Shown: piece after piece, positions 21,501 to 30,364 of the stretch | Layout of the letters: each line of letters opens with the position of its first letter | Position numbering within the stretch: the first letter of the stretch is position 1 | Assembly (NCBI GenBank): GCA_001275005.1 | Contig: JWZX01002856.1 | Location: 1 to 35,376 of the forward strand | Reading direction: 5' to 3' | DNA from: Chrysochromulina tobinii | Taxonomy: Eukaryota | DNA length: 35,376 bases | Position numbers and translations under genes: made by a program | The notes under the pieces: model-generated | What the model was told of the DNA's origin: nothing | What the model saw: the letters and a program-made list of their open reading frames with translations, nothing else | The model's database searches: none

Positions 21501-24500
21501 TCAAGGACTACACGAGCGACAGCCTCAACCTGGCCGACCCGGCAGTCTTCCGCGACCTCGCGCGCCCGATGGGTGCGCAGAACGAGGTGCAGCGTGAGAT
21601 CGTCATGAACATGTACGAGGAGTTCGACGACCCGGACATCCCCAAGTTCCACTACGGCTCGCACTACTCAACGGCGGGCTTCGTGCTCTACTACCTGTTG
21701 CGCGTCGAGCCATTCACCTCGTACCACAAGGGGCTGCAATCGGGCAAGTTCGACCACGCCGATCGGCTGTTCCACTCCATCGAGCGCACGTACCACTCGT
21801 GCACGCACTCGAGCTCGGACGTCAAGGAGCTCGTGCCCGAGCTCTTCTACCTGCCCGAGGCGCTCCTGAACAGCAACCGATGCGCCCTGGGCATGCGCCA
21901 GGACGGCCAGCGTGTGGATGACGTGATGCTGCCTAAATGGGCGTCCGACGCGCATGACTTCATTGCCAAGCATCGGGCCGCCCTCGAGAGCGATCACGTC
22001 TCGGCCAATCTGCACCACTGGATCGACCTGATCTTTGGGTACAAGCAACGCGGCAAGGCGGCTGTTGAGGCGCTCAACGTCTTCTACTATCTCACGTATG
22101 GGGTCGATTTTCGCGGGCTTAAGCCCGACGAGGTTCGCGCGCAGAAGGCTCAGATCAACAACTTTGGACAGACACCGCAGCAGCTGCTGCTCACGCCGCA
22201 CCCGCAGCGTCGGCCCCGGGCGCTGCCGCCGCCTCTGCCCGGGCGCGCGCGCGAGGAGAAGGTGGAGCCCGTGCTCATGTACCGACTGGACGGTGTGCCG
22301 CTCGCGCTGCTGGCCCTCGAGGAGGCTGTGGTCATCTTCGACTCGCAGCGGCGCACGCACCACCATCGCGTCGAGCGTGGGCGCGGCCTCGCAGAGAAGC
22401 CGATCACTACGGGCGGAAGCGAGCACGCGCGCCTCTCGACCTTTGCACCCAACGTACCGGTCGCGCGCGCTGTCACGCTCGTGGGCACCGACCCGCGCGC
22501 GCGCGACGTGCTGCTCGTGAGCGGTGCGCATTGGGACCATTCGCTCTGCATCAGCCTGGCGCATTCGTCGGGCGGGACGCGCCATCGGCTGCGCTACCAC
22601 TCAGACGTGGTCACGTCCGTCGCGGTCTCCAAGGACGGCAAGTGGCTCATGAGCGGCTCGTTGGACTCGACCGCACTGCTCTGGTCCCTCGGAGAGGGCG
22701 GCCTCGCCTCGACGACTCCCTCGAACGCCAAGGCACCGACCATGGGGCTGCACCCGACGCATGTCCTGCGCGGCCACTCGGCGGCGGTGCTCTCGGTCGC
22801 ACTCTCGTCGGCGATGCGCCTCGCCGCTTCGGGGTCGCGCGATGGCTCGACGGTACTGTATACGCTGCGAGACGGCAAGAGGACACGCGTGCTGCGCGAG
22901 CCGGGCGCGGCTGGGATCGAACAGCTCATGCTCTGCGACTCGGGTCACATTGTGGTCGTGGCCGCTGCGGGCAGCCGCATGCACCTCTTCACGCTCAACG
23001 GGCTGCTTGCGTGGTCGTGGGAGAGCTGTGCCGCGGGCGTGAGCGCGCTCGCGCTCTCGAGCTGCGGCGGAGCGCTCTTCTGCGGCTTCGACGATGGTGC
23101 GATACGCTCTTGGCGGCTTCACGATCTCAAGGCGCTCGTGCAGTACGTGCCCGCGCCCGCACCTATCACGTGCCTTTTCCCTGCCGAGGGCGGCTTGCTC
23201 GTGGGCACAAGCCAGCGCCACCTACTCATCTACCCGGCTTTCTCCTCGGTCGACGATGCGCTCCAGCATGCCAAGGAGGCCGAGGCAGCGGTTGAGGCGG
23301 CAGCAGCTGAGGCGGCGGCGGCCAAGGCAGCAGCTGAGGTGGCGGCGGCCAAGGCAGCAGCTGAGGCAGCGGCCAAGGCAGAGGCGGCAGCGGCCAATGC
23401 AGAGGCGGCAGCGGCCAAGGCGGCTGCCGAGGCGGCAGCGGCCAATGCGGCAGCGGCTGAAACGGCTGAAGATGTGTTGACGACCATCATGCCTTTCACG
23501 TCCTTGACGGCTGAGGCGGCAGCGGCCAAGGCAACGGCCGAGGCGCCAACGGCTGCCGCTGGGGCCAAGACCGGAGCGGCTGAGGGAGCCCTGGCTGGAG
23601 AAGACTTTGGACTTGACACCATCGGGCCCTTCAAGTCCCTGACTGTAGCAGTCGACACCATCGGGCCCTTTAAGTCCCTGACTGTAGCAGCGGCCGAGTG
23701 GGCAGCGTACGAAAAGGCAGCATCCGAAAAGGCGGCGATGGAGGCGGCCGATGCAGAGAGGGCAACGGTAGAGGCGGCCGTATCGGAGGCGGCCGTAGCG
23801 GAGGCGGCCGTAGCGGAGGCGGCCGTAGCCGAGTCAAGGGCAGCCAAGATGGCGGCGGCCGAGGCGGCTGCGGTGGAGATGGCGGCGGCATCTGATAAGG
23901 CGGCGGCCGAGAAGGCGGCGGCCGAAAAGGCGGCGGCCGAGAAGGCGGCGGCTGCGGCGGCGGCTGAGTTGGCGGCGGCAGAGTCGGCAGCGGCGGAGAA
24001 GGCGGCGGCGGCTGAGAAGGCGGCCGAAAAGGCGGCCGAGAGGGCGGCCGAGGCCGAGAAGGCGGCGGCGGAAGCGGCGGCGACGGAAGCGGCGGCGATG
24101 GAATCGGCGGCGACCGAGAAGGCGGCGGCCGAGAAGGCGTCGGCCGAGAAGGCGGCGGCCGAGAAGGCGGCGGCCGAGAAGGTGGCGGCCGAGAAAGCGG
24201 CAGCCGAAAAGGCGGCGGCCGAGAAGGCGTCGGCCGAGAAGGCGGCGGCCGAGAAGTCTTCGGCCGAGAAGGTGGCGGCGATGGTGACAGCGGCGGAGAT
24301 GGCGGCGGCGCAGGAGAAGGCAGCGGAGATGGCGGCGGCCGAGTTGGCGGCGGCCGAGAAGGCGGCGGAGGCCGAGAAGGCGGCGGCTGAGAAGGTGGCA
24401 GCCGAGAAGGTGGCAGCCGAGCAGGCGGCGGCCGAGCAGGCGGCGGCCGAGCAGGCGGCAGCCGATCAGGCGGCTGCTGAAAAATCTGCAGAGGCTGCTG

Positions 24501-24700
24501 CGGCTGTGGCGGCGGCAGTTGAAGCAGCACCGGCAGCTGAGGCAGCAGGGGCGGCGCAAACAGTTGAAGAAGACGTTGGACTCGACACCATCGGACCCTT
24601 CAATTCTCTGACAGCACATGTAGCAACGGCCGACGAGGCGCCAAAGAGTGAGGCTGAGGGAGAGCAGGCCGGCGAGATTGGGCCATTCAAGTCCCTGTAA
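15539..24700 (+). CDS. BEACH-domain protein (neurobeachin/LRBA-like): ConA-like domain, PH, BEACH, WD40, and an Ala/Glu/Lys-rich tail
   Basis: PH motif [18 protein letters not shown] motifs [56 protein letters not shown] and [14 protein letters not shown]40 repeats ([11 protein letters not shown]...GSLD, GHSAAV...SGSRDG). Uninterrupted 3053-aa ORF. Confidence 0.95.
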   Translation: MAMLARIDALLTEASPVHAKGRIQKRDAIHTLVQNVPHFTQPMQQIALRRLRQLVDRSLYNQEVCTSGLQLVSVMLRWLSPDQPALAPAVLDEMLNLLGDLGGYRATPHELQKLFELLQAGLVALASEPQEEEVQPPGSPSEVLTRVGPEQLLRLLLRWCERTYQDDDSLHASPMAPQMCFDFNGVGGGLTLPSELAVELVARGAFTLGGWLRYEETSGSDDMLLFSGFAPGGDTGFEIFLQPSLSQIAIRVIGGSTSGASKLMMRRPSRNPSQETCHLMGVELKPGKWHLLLVSMRKKPTMVGRHEAIVFVDGKRLQTAPCAYPGSLAADKASDRATGFATCYFYVGANQSKPHEPLSPGNSSVAYQVAGGGFTGQLGSILLLKGCPSDVEAAALFHAGTQCADPESVCAAASTPSAGGLISGRSATVVAVFAAQTAHDKECTSVCGAVDRSANMVDGVAVLRPLDVRASLGGPLSLLPLIEQTALSMRERRGGDGPGPLSLVLHALTAIIRGDPIYRIELERTDTVGMLGHLLLTCPARTVDADLLAAIMALDTALEGSSELSDQLLQHVLLRVGLWAQGGAVIMLPLLRQLYRLAGQRPEQWQRTDALARMFDELVAVLPWATRGPVSFSTAAVAFAASTAVPSSPSSPAAATLPTPPSPPLSVHSSDPEVADPSERDVAAAASPEVPKTYWVESMDGTGCEYSEPELHAVWDGAFDVLCSVADTSQGLTKAQLACLVHLTLKSGSRGILAGLLRTLLVRTFAKDLRLIEMVLEGGTSSLAFAICAAMQAETQSGSTGLPRRGPSACDTELLALFVKFLGRLLALGMPMASAPAGQPLPASAELPAAARWVQQTSWAKGGWAWLGHLLLGATPDSMLLEALTQLLLGNVQKPRGRGSLARHFSHGIEDDEIVNVIGLQDDRAQVFIAPQVLVPLLHLSSRAPPKLQHCMVLNLSLWLHHSPESQNHLMLMQQLGWQLPVCTILNGTNDPDRASHALCVRLISEHMVAAIRHPGDEGWAEVLRTVAFLETHTTEPTQLKRSTFVKVLELLRGALPIPKNGTPFSDASLALWANVLRFGLLVEESFAVFDPNNTSEQPTQPGERRVAKAGIVSRLLGGTTPRSAQNASGTRGKLPATATPSTGTTASQQPGQSFEVELEADALVARLLAENPVPPPPPPPAPNPTSDIGDIWNGGVSTTMGAAGAAGLDFFGFGKEQEVQAHLQEVEQWQKKAQDDVAFQASLPQLPPLTKHLRRREDGIWEDEELAVRMLQLIEPLIVQAIVEPLVSHMLHMSAAALSSSGSSSGGGLSIARFISMVGMGGSSGPGGARTDLDANDTLCDVAVRLLLLVLVEADARKSPPLAATAGAASSGDGADGCGGANGDGHDHGHGIASGEGSPSLPKYIELGLDPARQLQELLLCAACWCQKPIGPEEGAHAEKKELQQQQLSAALARLMQAWSCCDGKKTTRDVAGGHTELLPAVVPAIKGLLRFGASGSRELAGLMHLPCLQAEPPTSEAGRIETLQRFVDDYTQWRGLLLRKPFVDGLRALEMADAPPNVATDKWTGRQLRLFDQQDATKREQRTLCEKVQRDSLAAFKALSAEVQPRAAITRSVIARTRAAVSQQWAWVRHCLYDDHPIWGRCRTSSSTDLLPLEQLGPPAGASGEITYRLCDWLDAQRRHFVVVPELHQPEYRKDKEKTAGSRKAALGSEGNAASGAAEAVAGGGAATQAVADSHAGEGGERVTGMIGSAGKLLSSVALSIIPKGVPAEDVPDEVADEGADEDEDEDEGEEADDEDGSLGALIGSDVFDRPFFQTDAELVRPYGVLQGKLYISDRTVRFLAMGGSGEAAPKDAKDVATLSSVCSAAMARDSALAWPLASVKQMHRRRYLMEQSALELFDDAVDMLLFNFKSKRLRSRVRSWIKKKSMLEYRDRDRGTRGFREQLHELQERWQRRELSNFEYLMRLNELAGRSHNDTNQYPVFPWVLKDYTSDSLNLADPAVFRDLARPMGAQNEVQREIVMNMYEEFDDPDIPKFHYGSHYSTAGFVLYYLLRVEPFTSYHKGLQSGKFDHADRLFHSIERTYHSCTHSSSDVKELVPELFYLPEALLNSNRCALGMRQDGQRVDDVMLPKWASDAHDFIAKHRAALESDHVSANLHHWIDLIFGYKQRGKAAVEALNVFYYLTYGVDFRGLKPDEVRAQKAQINNFGQTPQQLLLTPHPQRRPRALPPPLPGRAREEKVEPVLMYRLDGVPLALLALEEAVVIFDSQRRTHHHRVERGRGLAEKPITTGGSEHARLSTFAPNVPVARAVTLVGTDPRARDVLLVSGAHWDHSLCISLAHSSGGTRHRLRYHSDVVTSVAVSKDGKWLMSGSLDSTALLWSLGEGGLASTTPSNAKAPTMGLHPTHVLRGHSAAVLSVALSSAMRLAASGSRDGSTVLYTLRDGKRTRVLREPGAAGIEQLMLCDSGHIVVVAAAGSRMHLFTLNGLLAWSWESCAAGVSALALSSCGGALFCGFDDGAIRSWRLHDLKALVQYVPAPAPITCLFPAEGGLLVGTSQRHLLIYPAFSSVDDALQHAKEAEAAVEAAAAEAAAAKAAAEVAAAKAAAEAAAKAEAAAANAEAAAAKAAAEAAAANAAAAETAEDVLTTIMPFTSLTAEAAAAKATAEAPTAAAGAKTGAAEGALAGEDFGLDTIGPFKSLTVAVDTIGPFKSLTVAAAEWAAYEKAASEKAAMEAADAERATVEAAVSEAAVAEAAVAEAAVAESRAAKMAAAEAAAVEMAAASDKAAAEKAAAEKAAAEKAAAAAAAELAAAESAAAEKAAAAEKAAEKAAERAAEAEKAAAEAAATEAAAMESAATEKAAAEKASAEKAAAEKAAAEKVAAEKAAAEKAAAEKASAEKAAAEKSSAEKVAAMVTAAEMAAAQEKAAEMAAAELAAAEKAAEAEKAAAEKVAAEKVAAEQAAAEQAAAEQAAADQAAAEKSAEAAAAVAAAVEAAPAAEAAGAAQTVEEDVGLDTIGPFNSLTAHVATADEAPKSEAEGEQAGEIGPFKSL
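23270..24560 (+). repeat. Low-complexity coding repeats ([10 protein letters not shown]) in the BEACH tail
   Basis: Many gagaaggcggcggcc units. Confidence 0.85.
23615..23690 (+). repeat. 39-bp tandem duplication encoding [12 protein letters not shown]
   Basis: gacaccatcgggccctt(c/t)aagtccctgactgtagcag starts at 23615 and 23654. Variants occur near 23480, 24584 and 24674. Confidence 0.88.
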
Positions 24701-25045
24701 ATTCAATGCGCGGTGTCTCGACGGTGTACACGACCGGACGGTGCGTAATACAAAAATGCCCAGCTGAACGTTGATTTTTCGTTTGTCGCGTTTAGCACAC
24801 GGGTTCGTCGCCGGCGCCCGATCCGAACCGCGGACCGCCGGCGCTCCGAACCGGGCGGGGGGCGCTCGTCTCGAGCCCGGGGCCGCCCCGGGCCGAGCCT
24901 GCAGCCTCGCGCGCCGTCGACCCGACCAGGCCGGTGCGGATTGCATTGGCCGTGCACATTCGCGAAGCTCGGAGCATTCTCGGCCCATCGCGATCGCCGA
25001 GGCGACTCGCATTCGATTTGATATGTTATCCCCGGGCCGGCGTCC

Positions 25046-26146
25046 CTAGGTCGCGGTGCCGCGGTCAACCGAGAGCGGCGCGTTGACCGCACCGCGCGGC
25101 GCAACCCCGCGCACGAGCACGTCGACGACGTTCTCGCACGCCGTCATGTCGATCTCGCGCCGGACGCTCACGACCGCGGACCCCAAATGCGGAGTGAAGA
25201 GCGTCCGCGCGCTATCTGCAAGCAGCGCGGCGGGGATGTCGCGCCGGCGGTCCGCGAGCGCCCAATCTTCAAGCTCAAACACATCCGCAGCGTAGCCGGC
25301 CAGCGCGCCGCTCGCGAGCGCGTCCGCAACGGCGCCCTCGTCGACGCAGCCGCCGCGGCCGACGTTGATGAGAAACGCACCGCGCTTGGCGCCCGCGAGC
25401 GCGGCCGCATCGACGAGGTGGCGCGTCGCGGGCATGAGCGGCGTCAGCGGAAACGCGTAGTCGGCCGCGCGCAAGACCGCGCGCGCATCGGCGACGCGCT
25501 CAAAGGCGGGTGGCGGGCGCGCGCCCGGCGCACGGCCTGCGGGACACGCCCACGCTTCCGCTGCCGCTGCCGCCCACGCGGCCGCGCCGGCGTCCTCGTC
25601 GCACCACACGAAGCGCGCAACGCCAAAGCCGCGCAGCCGCTCGGCGAGCGCGCGGCCGACGGCGCCTAGGCCGATGATGCCAACGGTTGCGCCGTCGAGG
25701 CCCGCGCCGAATAACTCAGGTCGCCAGCCCGCGAAGCTGCCACTCCTCACGCGCGCGTCGCCCTCGGCCACGTGCCGCGCGAGGCTGGTGGCGAGCGAGA
25801 CAGCGAGCTCCGCGGTGGGCGCCGTGAGCAGGTCCCCACAGCGGGAGAAGTATATGCCGCGCTCAGACATGGCCGCGATGTCGAAATTGTCGCCGCCGCG
25901 CAGCGCACCCGAGACAATGCGGAGGAGCGGGCACGCGTCGAGGAAGGCGGCGTCGACGGTGTCGGGCATGAAGGCGATGAGCGCGGCCGCGCGCGCGGCG
26001 CGCTCGCGGATGGTCGCGAGCGGGAGCGGCGCGGAGGCCGCGTCGACTACGTCGGCCTCGAGGTTGGCCGCGGCGAGGATGGCGCGCGCGTCGGCGTGGA
26101 TGGGGTGCGTGATGAAGACGTGGCCGGCTGAGTTGCGTGTACTCAT
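25046..26146 (-). CDS. ptxD: Phosphite dehydrogenase (NAD:phosphite oxidoreductase)-like protein, D-2-hydroxyacid dehydrogenase superfamily
   Basis: PtxD-type signatures: FITHPIH, AFMPDTVDAAFLDACP, ALRGGDNFD, DLLTAPTAELA, VRSGSFAGWRPELFGAGLDGATVGIIGLGAVG (GxGxxG), INVGRG, GYAADVFELEDWA, TLFTPHLGSAVVSVRREI. The likely ATG is at 26146 (MSTRNSAGHVF, 366 aa); the track ORF's 71-aa extension to 26359 looks non-homologous. Confidence 0.88.
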   Translation of the reverse strand: MSTRNSAGHVFITHPIHADARAILAAANLEADVVDAASAPLPLATIRERAARAAALIAFMPDTVDAAFLDACPLLRIVSGALRGGDNFDIAAMSERGIYFSRCGDLLTAPTAELAVSLATSLARHVAEGDARVRSGSFAGWRPELFGAGLDGATVGIIGLGAVGRALAERLRGFGVARFVWCDEDAGAAAWAAAAAEAWACPAGRAPGARPPPAFERVADARAVLRAADYAFPLTPLMPATRHLVDAAALAGAKRGAFLINVGRGGCVDEGAVADALASGALAGYAADVFELEDWALADRRRDIPAALLADSARTLFTPHLGSAVVSVRREIDMTACENVVDVLVRGVAPRGAVNAPLSVDRGTAT

Positions 26147-26519
26147 TCCAGCGTTGCGTTTAGCGATGGCTTTGCGACGAAAAAGAGACGAACGTCTTGA
26201 AGGAAGTCCACACGATAGAAAGGGCACCGAGATCGGCTCCGACAAGGGGAGGCTCCGACGCGCGGGCGAACTTGGAACTTGTTTGTGGAATTTCAAACTT
26301 CCCGAGATCGATCGGTTCAAAAACAGGGAGCACACACTATCGATCGGTACCCCTTTCATGGCTCACCGGGTTATTCTCCGCCCTTGATTCTCCGCGGTTC
26401 TGCCAGCGTGCCTCTGAAATTCTACGATAGGTCGATATTAAGTCGAGTCGTTCTGATGCGGCGTGTGGGCGTGAAATGGGCGTGAAACTTTTCAAGGTGT
26501 CGGTGAGAATGGTGCGGTG

Positions 26520-26790
26520 AGATTGACGCGCGGATAGATATGCGCGCGAAGAGCGGGCGAGAGCGGAGAGGGGTTGTATTGCCTTGCGGCCGCGCAGACC
26601 GCAGAGGGCACGCTGGTACGCAACATTCGACCTTGCTACCATAATCGCTACCATGCTTATTTCCACCCTGTATGCCACAACGTGTTCCGCCTCTACAAGA
26701 GCTGCTGGATCAAAGGCATAAGCGGCGACGCGAGTCAAAACCTGGGAAGCAACGGTCAGTGCGTCTTTTCCCAAGCGCCGCTGCCTCCGG
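26520..26790 (-). mobile_element. Possible degenerate C-terminal fragment of a non-LTR retrotransposon ORF (RLE/CRE-like)
   Basis: With one frameshift it reads G-A-W-/-G-K-D-A-L-T-V-A-S-Q-V-L...Y-R-V-E-I-S-M-V-A-I-M-V-A-R-S-N. This resembles the E-T-x-G-x-W-G-x-x-A...R-I-S-x-A-x-Q-R-x-N pattern after the restriction-like endonuclease. No RT domain, TSD or poly(A) seen. Confidence 0.35.
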
Positions 26791-27799
26791 CTCCGCCGTC
26801 GTGATGGTGCTTAGCGACATCGCGCGCCGGCGCGACGGACGACGGCGGCCGCCCGCCTACGCACGGCGGCTCGGCAAATGTGCCCGCCCTCTCGTCCCAC
26901 GTCCATCGCAGGGCGCGTCCCGAGCGCAGCTCCTCCCACAAGCACTCGACCGAGGCGGGCAGCTTGGTGTGTATCGCTTGCAAGCGATGATGGTACATCG
27001 AGGGCAGGATGAGGCGTTGCAAGGCTTCAGATGGCGGCGGACCCTCGGGCAGGCCACTGATCCCCGCGCAGCGCAGAAACTCGACGAGATCCACCAGCTG
27101 CTGATATCTCGCGCCAGGCCAGGCGCCGCCCGCAGCCTTCGTTGTGGCTGCTGTAGCATTTCCGAGTACCCATCGATCGTAGGCGACGAGCATTGTCGGG
27201 CAGCGGAGCGAGTGCGCCGTGGCGAGCGCGGCGAGCAAATAATTCTGCCATAGAAACAGGCGATCCGTCATGGACATTCTAGATGAGGCTGCCACCTCGG
27301 AAGGGTGCCGGAAGGGCACGATGCATGCTAGCGGCCCTGAAAAGTGCGGGCTCCACAATGGAAGCGTGCGTGCGAATCGTACGTCTTTGAGAACCCATGC
27401 CGCGCCTCGCGCGTGCTTGTCCATGTCCGCGACGATCGACGCTGCTCGGCCCCTGAAGTATGGAGACGCATTTTTCCAAGAGACTGCACGTGGCGATTCG
27501 GCAAAGCCATGCGGGAAGATGTACCATCGCTCGCCCGCCCTGCGTATGGCTTCATAATTGAGCGCCACGACGTCCGAACGCTCGTAGTATCCACGTTGGT
27601 TGGCACCGTCTGCCGGATATTCTGCACCGCCTCCTCGCCACAGCTCTGGTCGCCCGTTGCCCAGCACCGACGCGACAATCGACGTTGTTAGAGAAGAGCC
27701 TGAGCGGGACATGCCCATAATGATGACCTCACCAGCCGTGCCGTGGTGCTGCTGCGACTGATGTGATGATGACGCGGGCTCACATAAGAATCCTACCAT
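26756..27799 (-). CDS. Sulfotransferase-family protein (P-loop, PAPS-binding)
   Basis: 5'-PSB-like loop IIMGMSRSGSSL, plus NQRGYYE, WVLKDVRFARTLPLW, the 3'-PB-like FRHPSEVAAS, and VAYD. Confidence 0.8.
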   Translation of the reverse strand: MVGFLCEPASSSHQSQQHHGTAGEVIIMGMSRSGSSLTTSIVASVLGNGRPELWRGGGAEYPADGANQRGYYERSDVVALNYEAIRRAGERWYIFPHGFAESPRAVSWKNASPYFRGRAASIVADMDKHARGAAWVLKDVRFARTLPLWSPHFSGPLACIVPFRHPSEVAASSRMSMTDRLFLWQNYLLAALATAHSLRCPTMLVAYDRWVLGNATAATTKAAGGAWPGARYQQLVDLVEFLRCAGISGLPEGPPPSEALQRLILPSMYHHRLQAIHTKLPASVECLWEELRSGRALRWTWDERAGTFAEPPCVGGRPPSSVAPARDVAKHHHDGGAGGSGAWEKTH

Positions 27800-27935
27800 T
27801 TCGCGTTCGAAGCAGCATGGAAATCCTCATCAACAAAACATGTGAGGAATCCAAATTCCTCAACTACCGGTACACAGCTGTGAAGCGTGAACTGTGACGC
27901 TCGAATATGGCCGCGCGTTCCCGCTTTTTATTGTG

Positions 27936-30242
27936 CTAGACCGCGGCACCGGCAAGTCGGCTCGCGTACGCTTCCTCAAGTCCGGCGAGCATCTCTACGA
28001 GCGCGGCGTGGCTTTGGTAGTTGTAGGCCTTGTGCAGCCCGACTGGGCGACTGGAGCGCAGGCGTTCGACGGCAAACTGCTTGGCCACATCAGCTGGCGC
28101 CACCCGGTGGGCCATTTGCTGAAGGATCTCGATGAAGAACGCGTCTTCGAATTGTCCTCGCTGCCAGCACGCGCGGTCAAGGCACGCGATCGCGTGTGAG
28201 CGACGCCGAAGCGAGAGCCCGCCATTACCGCCGACGGCAGCGAGCCACGGCTTGCCGCGCACCCAGCCGTCGTCGGGGTCGAAGGGCGCACCGACGTAGT
28301 CGTACGCATCCACGAAACGCTCGAGGCTGGGGCCTAGCAGCAGAGCATCCTCCTGGAAGATGAGGACGACCTCTGCCCCCACGCGCGACCAGAACCAATG
28401 CGAGCAGAGCAGCTGCGAGTACTCTTGCGACGACCGCAAGTTGTCCACGCCAAGGTTGACACAGGCCACGCGCGCCCACTCCACCGCCGAGAAGTGGCGG
28501 GAAAGCGACTCGAGGTTGGTCGTGCCGTGGAAGAGCTGAATCGCCCACGCGCAGCTCCCGCTCCCGTGGAGCAGACAGCCTACGTTACGGATAACGTCGG
28601 CCGTGCGCTGCACCATCTCGGGAGCAGCGCGCGGCTCGACGATGACGGCCACGCGCTCAGCACCCTCGAGGGTCGCCGGCGCAAAGGGCAGCCGGCGCAA
28701 GAGGGGGCGCGTGCGTGATAGGAAGCCCTCGTAGGTCTCGAGAGAGGTGGTCTCGGCCCCCAGCCGCGAGAGGGCGTGGAGCGTCGCCACCTCTGGGTGA
28801 AAGTCGAGCACCTTGCTGCGCAGCTCGGGGGCGAGCTTTGTGGCCATCAGCTGCAGCACCGCGTCGCTCCGCGCGGCCGCGGCCGCCGGCTGGGCGAAGC
28901 CGAGATCGGAGACATCGTTGAGAGATGCGGGCGTCCCACCCTCGCTGCTCTGGGACAGCAGCGCAGCCAATGATGGATCAGGAGCAGGTACCGAGGCAGG
29001 CGCCGGGGCAGACGGCGGCGGTGGCGGTAGCGGCAGCGGTGATATTATCGGTGGCCATTGGGACGATGTCGGCGTTCGCTGTGACGCTCCGCCCACCGAG
29101 GCAGTGCTCGTTGGCGCTCTGGATGGATTGCTTAAGCATGGTCCACTTACGTAAGCATGGTCCACTGGCTTACCGAGCGCCTGCCGTGCAGCCACGAGGC
29201 TCGAGGGGGCGGCTTCGACCGGTGGCAGCAGGAGCAGCCGCGCCTTGCAGCAGATCCATCGCAGAGCAAAATGGCGCTCGAGCGCGGACTCGTCCGATCG
29301 CCCCTCAAGCACAGCCGGAGAGCTCGGCACATCCCGATCTACGAGCGCTCGCACGAGCGGTGGAGCGTCTCCGAACGCGCGGAGAGCTCTAGCCAGCCCT
29401 TCGGCCTGCGCTTCTATCGGGGCCGGCGATGTGTCTGAGCTTGTGCAGTCAGGCCGCCGCACGGCCGCCTCGGGCACGACCAGGATGCTTGTTGCCGGCG
29501 AGGGCGATGACTGACCTGCGAGCAACGCATTCGCTGACGACGCGACGGCAGCCGCCGTGGAGGCCGTCGCCCCTTGGGGCCAGACGACGATAAGCGTGTG
29601 TTCCTCGGTATGTGCAATAGCCTCTGTCTCTGCAGCCAGCGGCTCGTGAGACAATGATCGCCTCACGAGGCGGCCTGCGAGGGCTTGCACGGCGAGAGAC
29701 GGCGTGGCCAGCGCTCTGTCAAGCGTGCTCCTCTGATCGACGCTCAGTACGGTGGCGGATGCGGAAAGCGTGTGGGTGCCTCGCAGTGCTGGCAATACAA
29801 GCATGGCTGGCCTCGTTTCTCCAAAACATGCTGCGCACTCGGCCCGCGTTCGTAGCGGTTGCGCAAGGTTGGTCAGCGAAGCTGCAGGCAGCTCAAAAGG
29901 CAGACTCAAGCCTATGGTCGTGAGGTAATCGACGAGACGCTGCTGCACCTCACCAGCATCCTCGGAATCGTCGGCAACGTGTGAACAAACACGAATGACG
30001 CGCAAACCGTCACGAGCTAGGCTCGTAGACCTTGATCGTGCCTCAGCCTCTGTGAGAACTTGTACGAGTGAAGCCAGCGCGTAGTCCATCTGGTGCGACC
30101 ACGCAAAAGGCAACCACGCACCAGATGGACTACGCCAGCGCGGCAATACCAGCGCCAGGCCGAGTGCACGCGCAATACCGACAGCACTTCGCACGCACGC
30201 GATGAAGTCCGTGTCGGCAGACGGCGTGACTAGGAGCGCCAT
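27936..30242 (-). CDS. DUF5672-like (glycosyltransferase-like) domain protein with a possible degenerate O-fucosyltransferase-like N-terminal region
   Basis: C-terminal AVIVEPR, QLFHGTTN, YSQLLCSHWFW, VLIFQEDALL, YDYVGAPF, GGNGGLSLRRRS, EDAFF and GLHK. N-terminal ARALGLALVLP and WICCKARLLL. Pro/Ser linker between them. Confidence 0.75.
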   Translation of the reverse strand: MALLVTPSADTDFIACVRSAVGIARALGLALVLPRWRSPSGAWLPFAWSHQMDYALASLVQVLTEAEARSRSTSLARDGLRVIRVCSHVADDSEDAGEVQQRLVDYLTTIGLSLPFELPAASLTNLAQPLRTRAECAACFGETRPAMLVLPALRGTHTLSASATVLSVDQRSTLDRALATPSLAVQALAGRLVRRSLSHEPLAAETEAIAHTEEHTLIVVWPQGATASTAAAVASSANALLAGQSSPSPATSILVVPEAAVRRPDCTSSDTSPAPIEAQAEGLARALRAFGDAPPLVRALVDRDVPSSPAVLEGRSDESALERHFALRWICCKARLLLLPPVEAAPSSLVAARQALGKPVDHAYVSGPCLSNPSRAPTSTASVGGASQRTPTSSQWPPIISPLPLPPPPPSAPAPASVPAPDPSLAALLSQSSEGGTPASLNDVSDLGFAQPAAAAARSDAVLQLMATKLAPELRSKVLDFHPEVATLHALSRLGAETTSLETYEGFLSRTRPLLRRLPFAPATLEGAERVAVIVEPRAAPEMVQRTADVIRNVGCLLHGSGSCAWAIQLFHGTTNLESLSRHFSAVEWARVACVNLGVDNLRSSQEYSQLLCSHWFWSRVGAEVVLIFQEDALLLGPSLERFVDAYDYVGAPFDPDDGWVRGKPWLAAVGGNGGLSLRRRSHAIACLDRACWQRGQFEDAFFIEILQQMAHRVAPADVAKQFAVERLRSSRPVGLHKAYNYQSHAALVEMLAGLEEAYASRLAGAAV

Positions 30243-30364
30243 AGAAAGCGTGAAAGTGTGTTCACAGCTCTAAAGTACCCGTGTGAACGTTAACACGACA
30301 CACGCGCCTACTGGGGCTACGACACTGTTACTGCCCATGTGTCCCGTCGGTGCCCGTGTGCAGC

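Noticed and set aside
24870..24897. GC hairpin (gcccgggg-ccg-ccccgggc) downstream of ptxD as an intrinsic terminator
   Set aside because: No adjacent U-tract, and such stems are expected by chance at this GC content.
23834..25012. Long antisense and alternate-frame ORFs (e.g. 23670-24530, 23834-25012, 16628-18463, 6206-7477)
   Set aside because: Shadow ORFs of GC-rich or repetitive coding sequence, overlapping well-supported genes and lacking recognisable motifs.
25046..26146. Engineered ptxD selectable-marker transgene
   Set aside because: The protein differs extensively from P. stutzeri PtxD and has an insertion; no vector, tag or standard promoter sequence was recognised.
25046..26146. 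Generic glyoxylate/hydroxypyruvate reductase
   Set aside because: It has DVFELEDW rather than DVFxxEP, plus AFMPD, GWRP and the Arg301-equivalent, which fit PtxD better.
26147..26359. 71-aa N-terminal extension of the ptxD ORF as a targeting peptide
   Set aside because: It is lower in GC than the CDS and reads like promoter/UTR. Homology starts just after the ATG at 26146. It cannot be fully excluded without TSS data.
26150..26560. P1BS (GNATATNC) phosphate-starvation element upstream of ptxD
   Set aside because: Only a near-match (AGATATGC near 26537) was seen upstream; the one exact match noticed (GTATATGC, ~25850) is inside the CDS.
24690..26800. Target-site duplication or terminal inverted repeats around the ptxD block
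   Set aside because: No matching direct or inverted sequence was found by eye at the presumed junctions, so the boundaries remain unproven.
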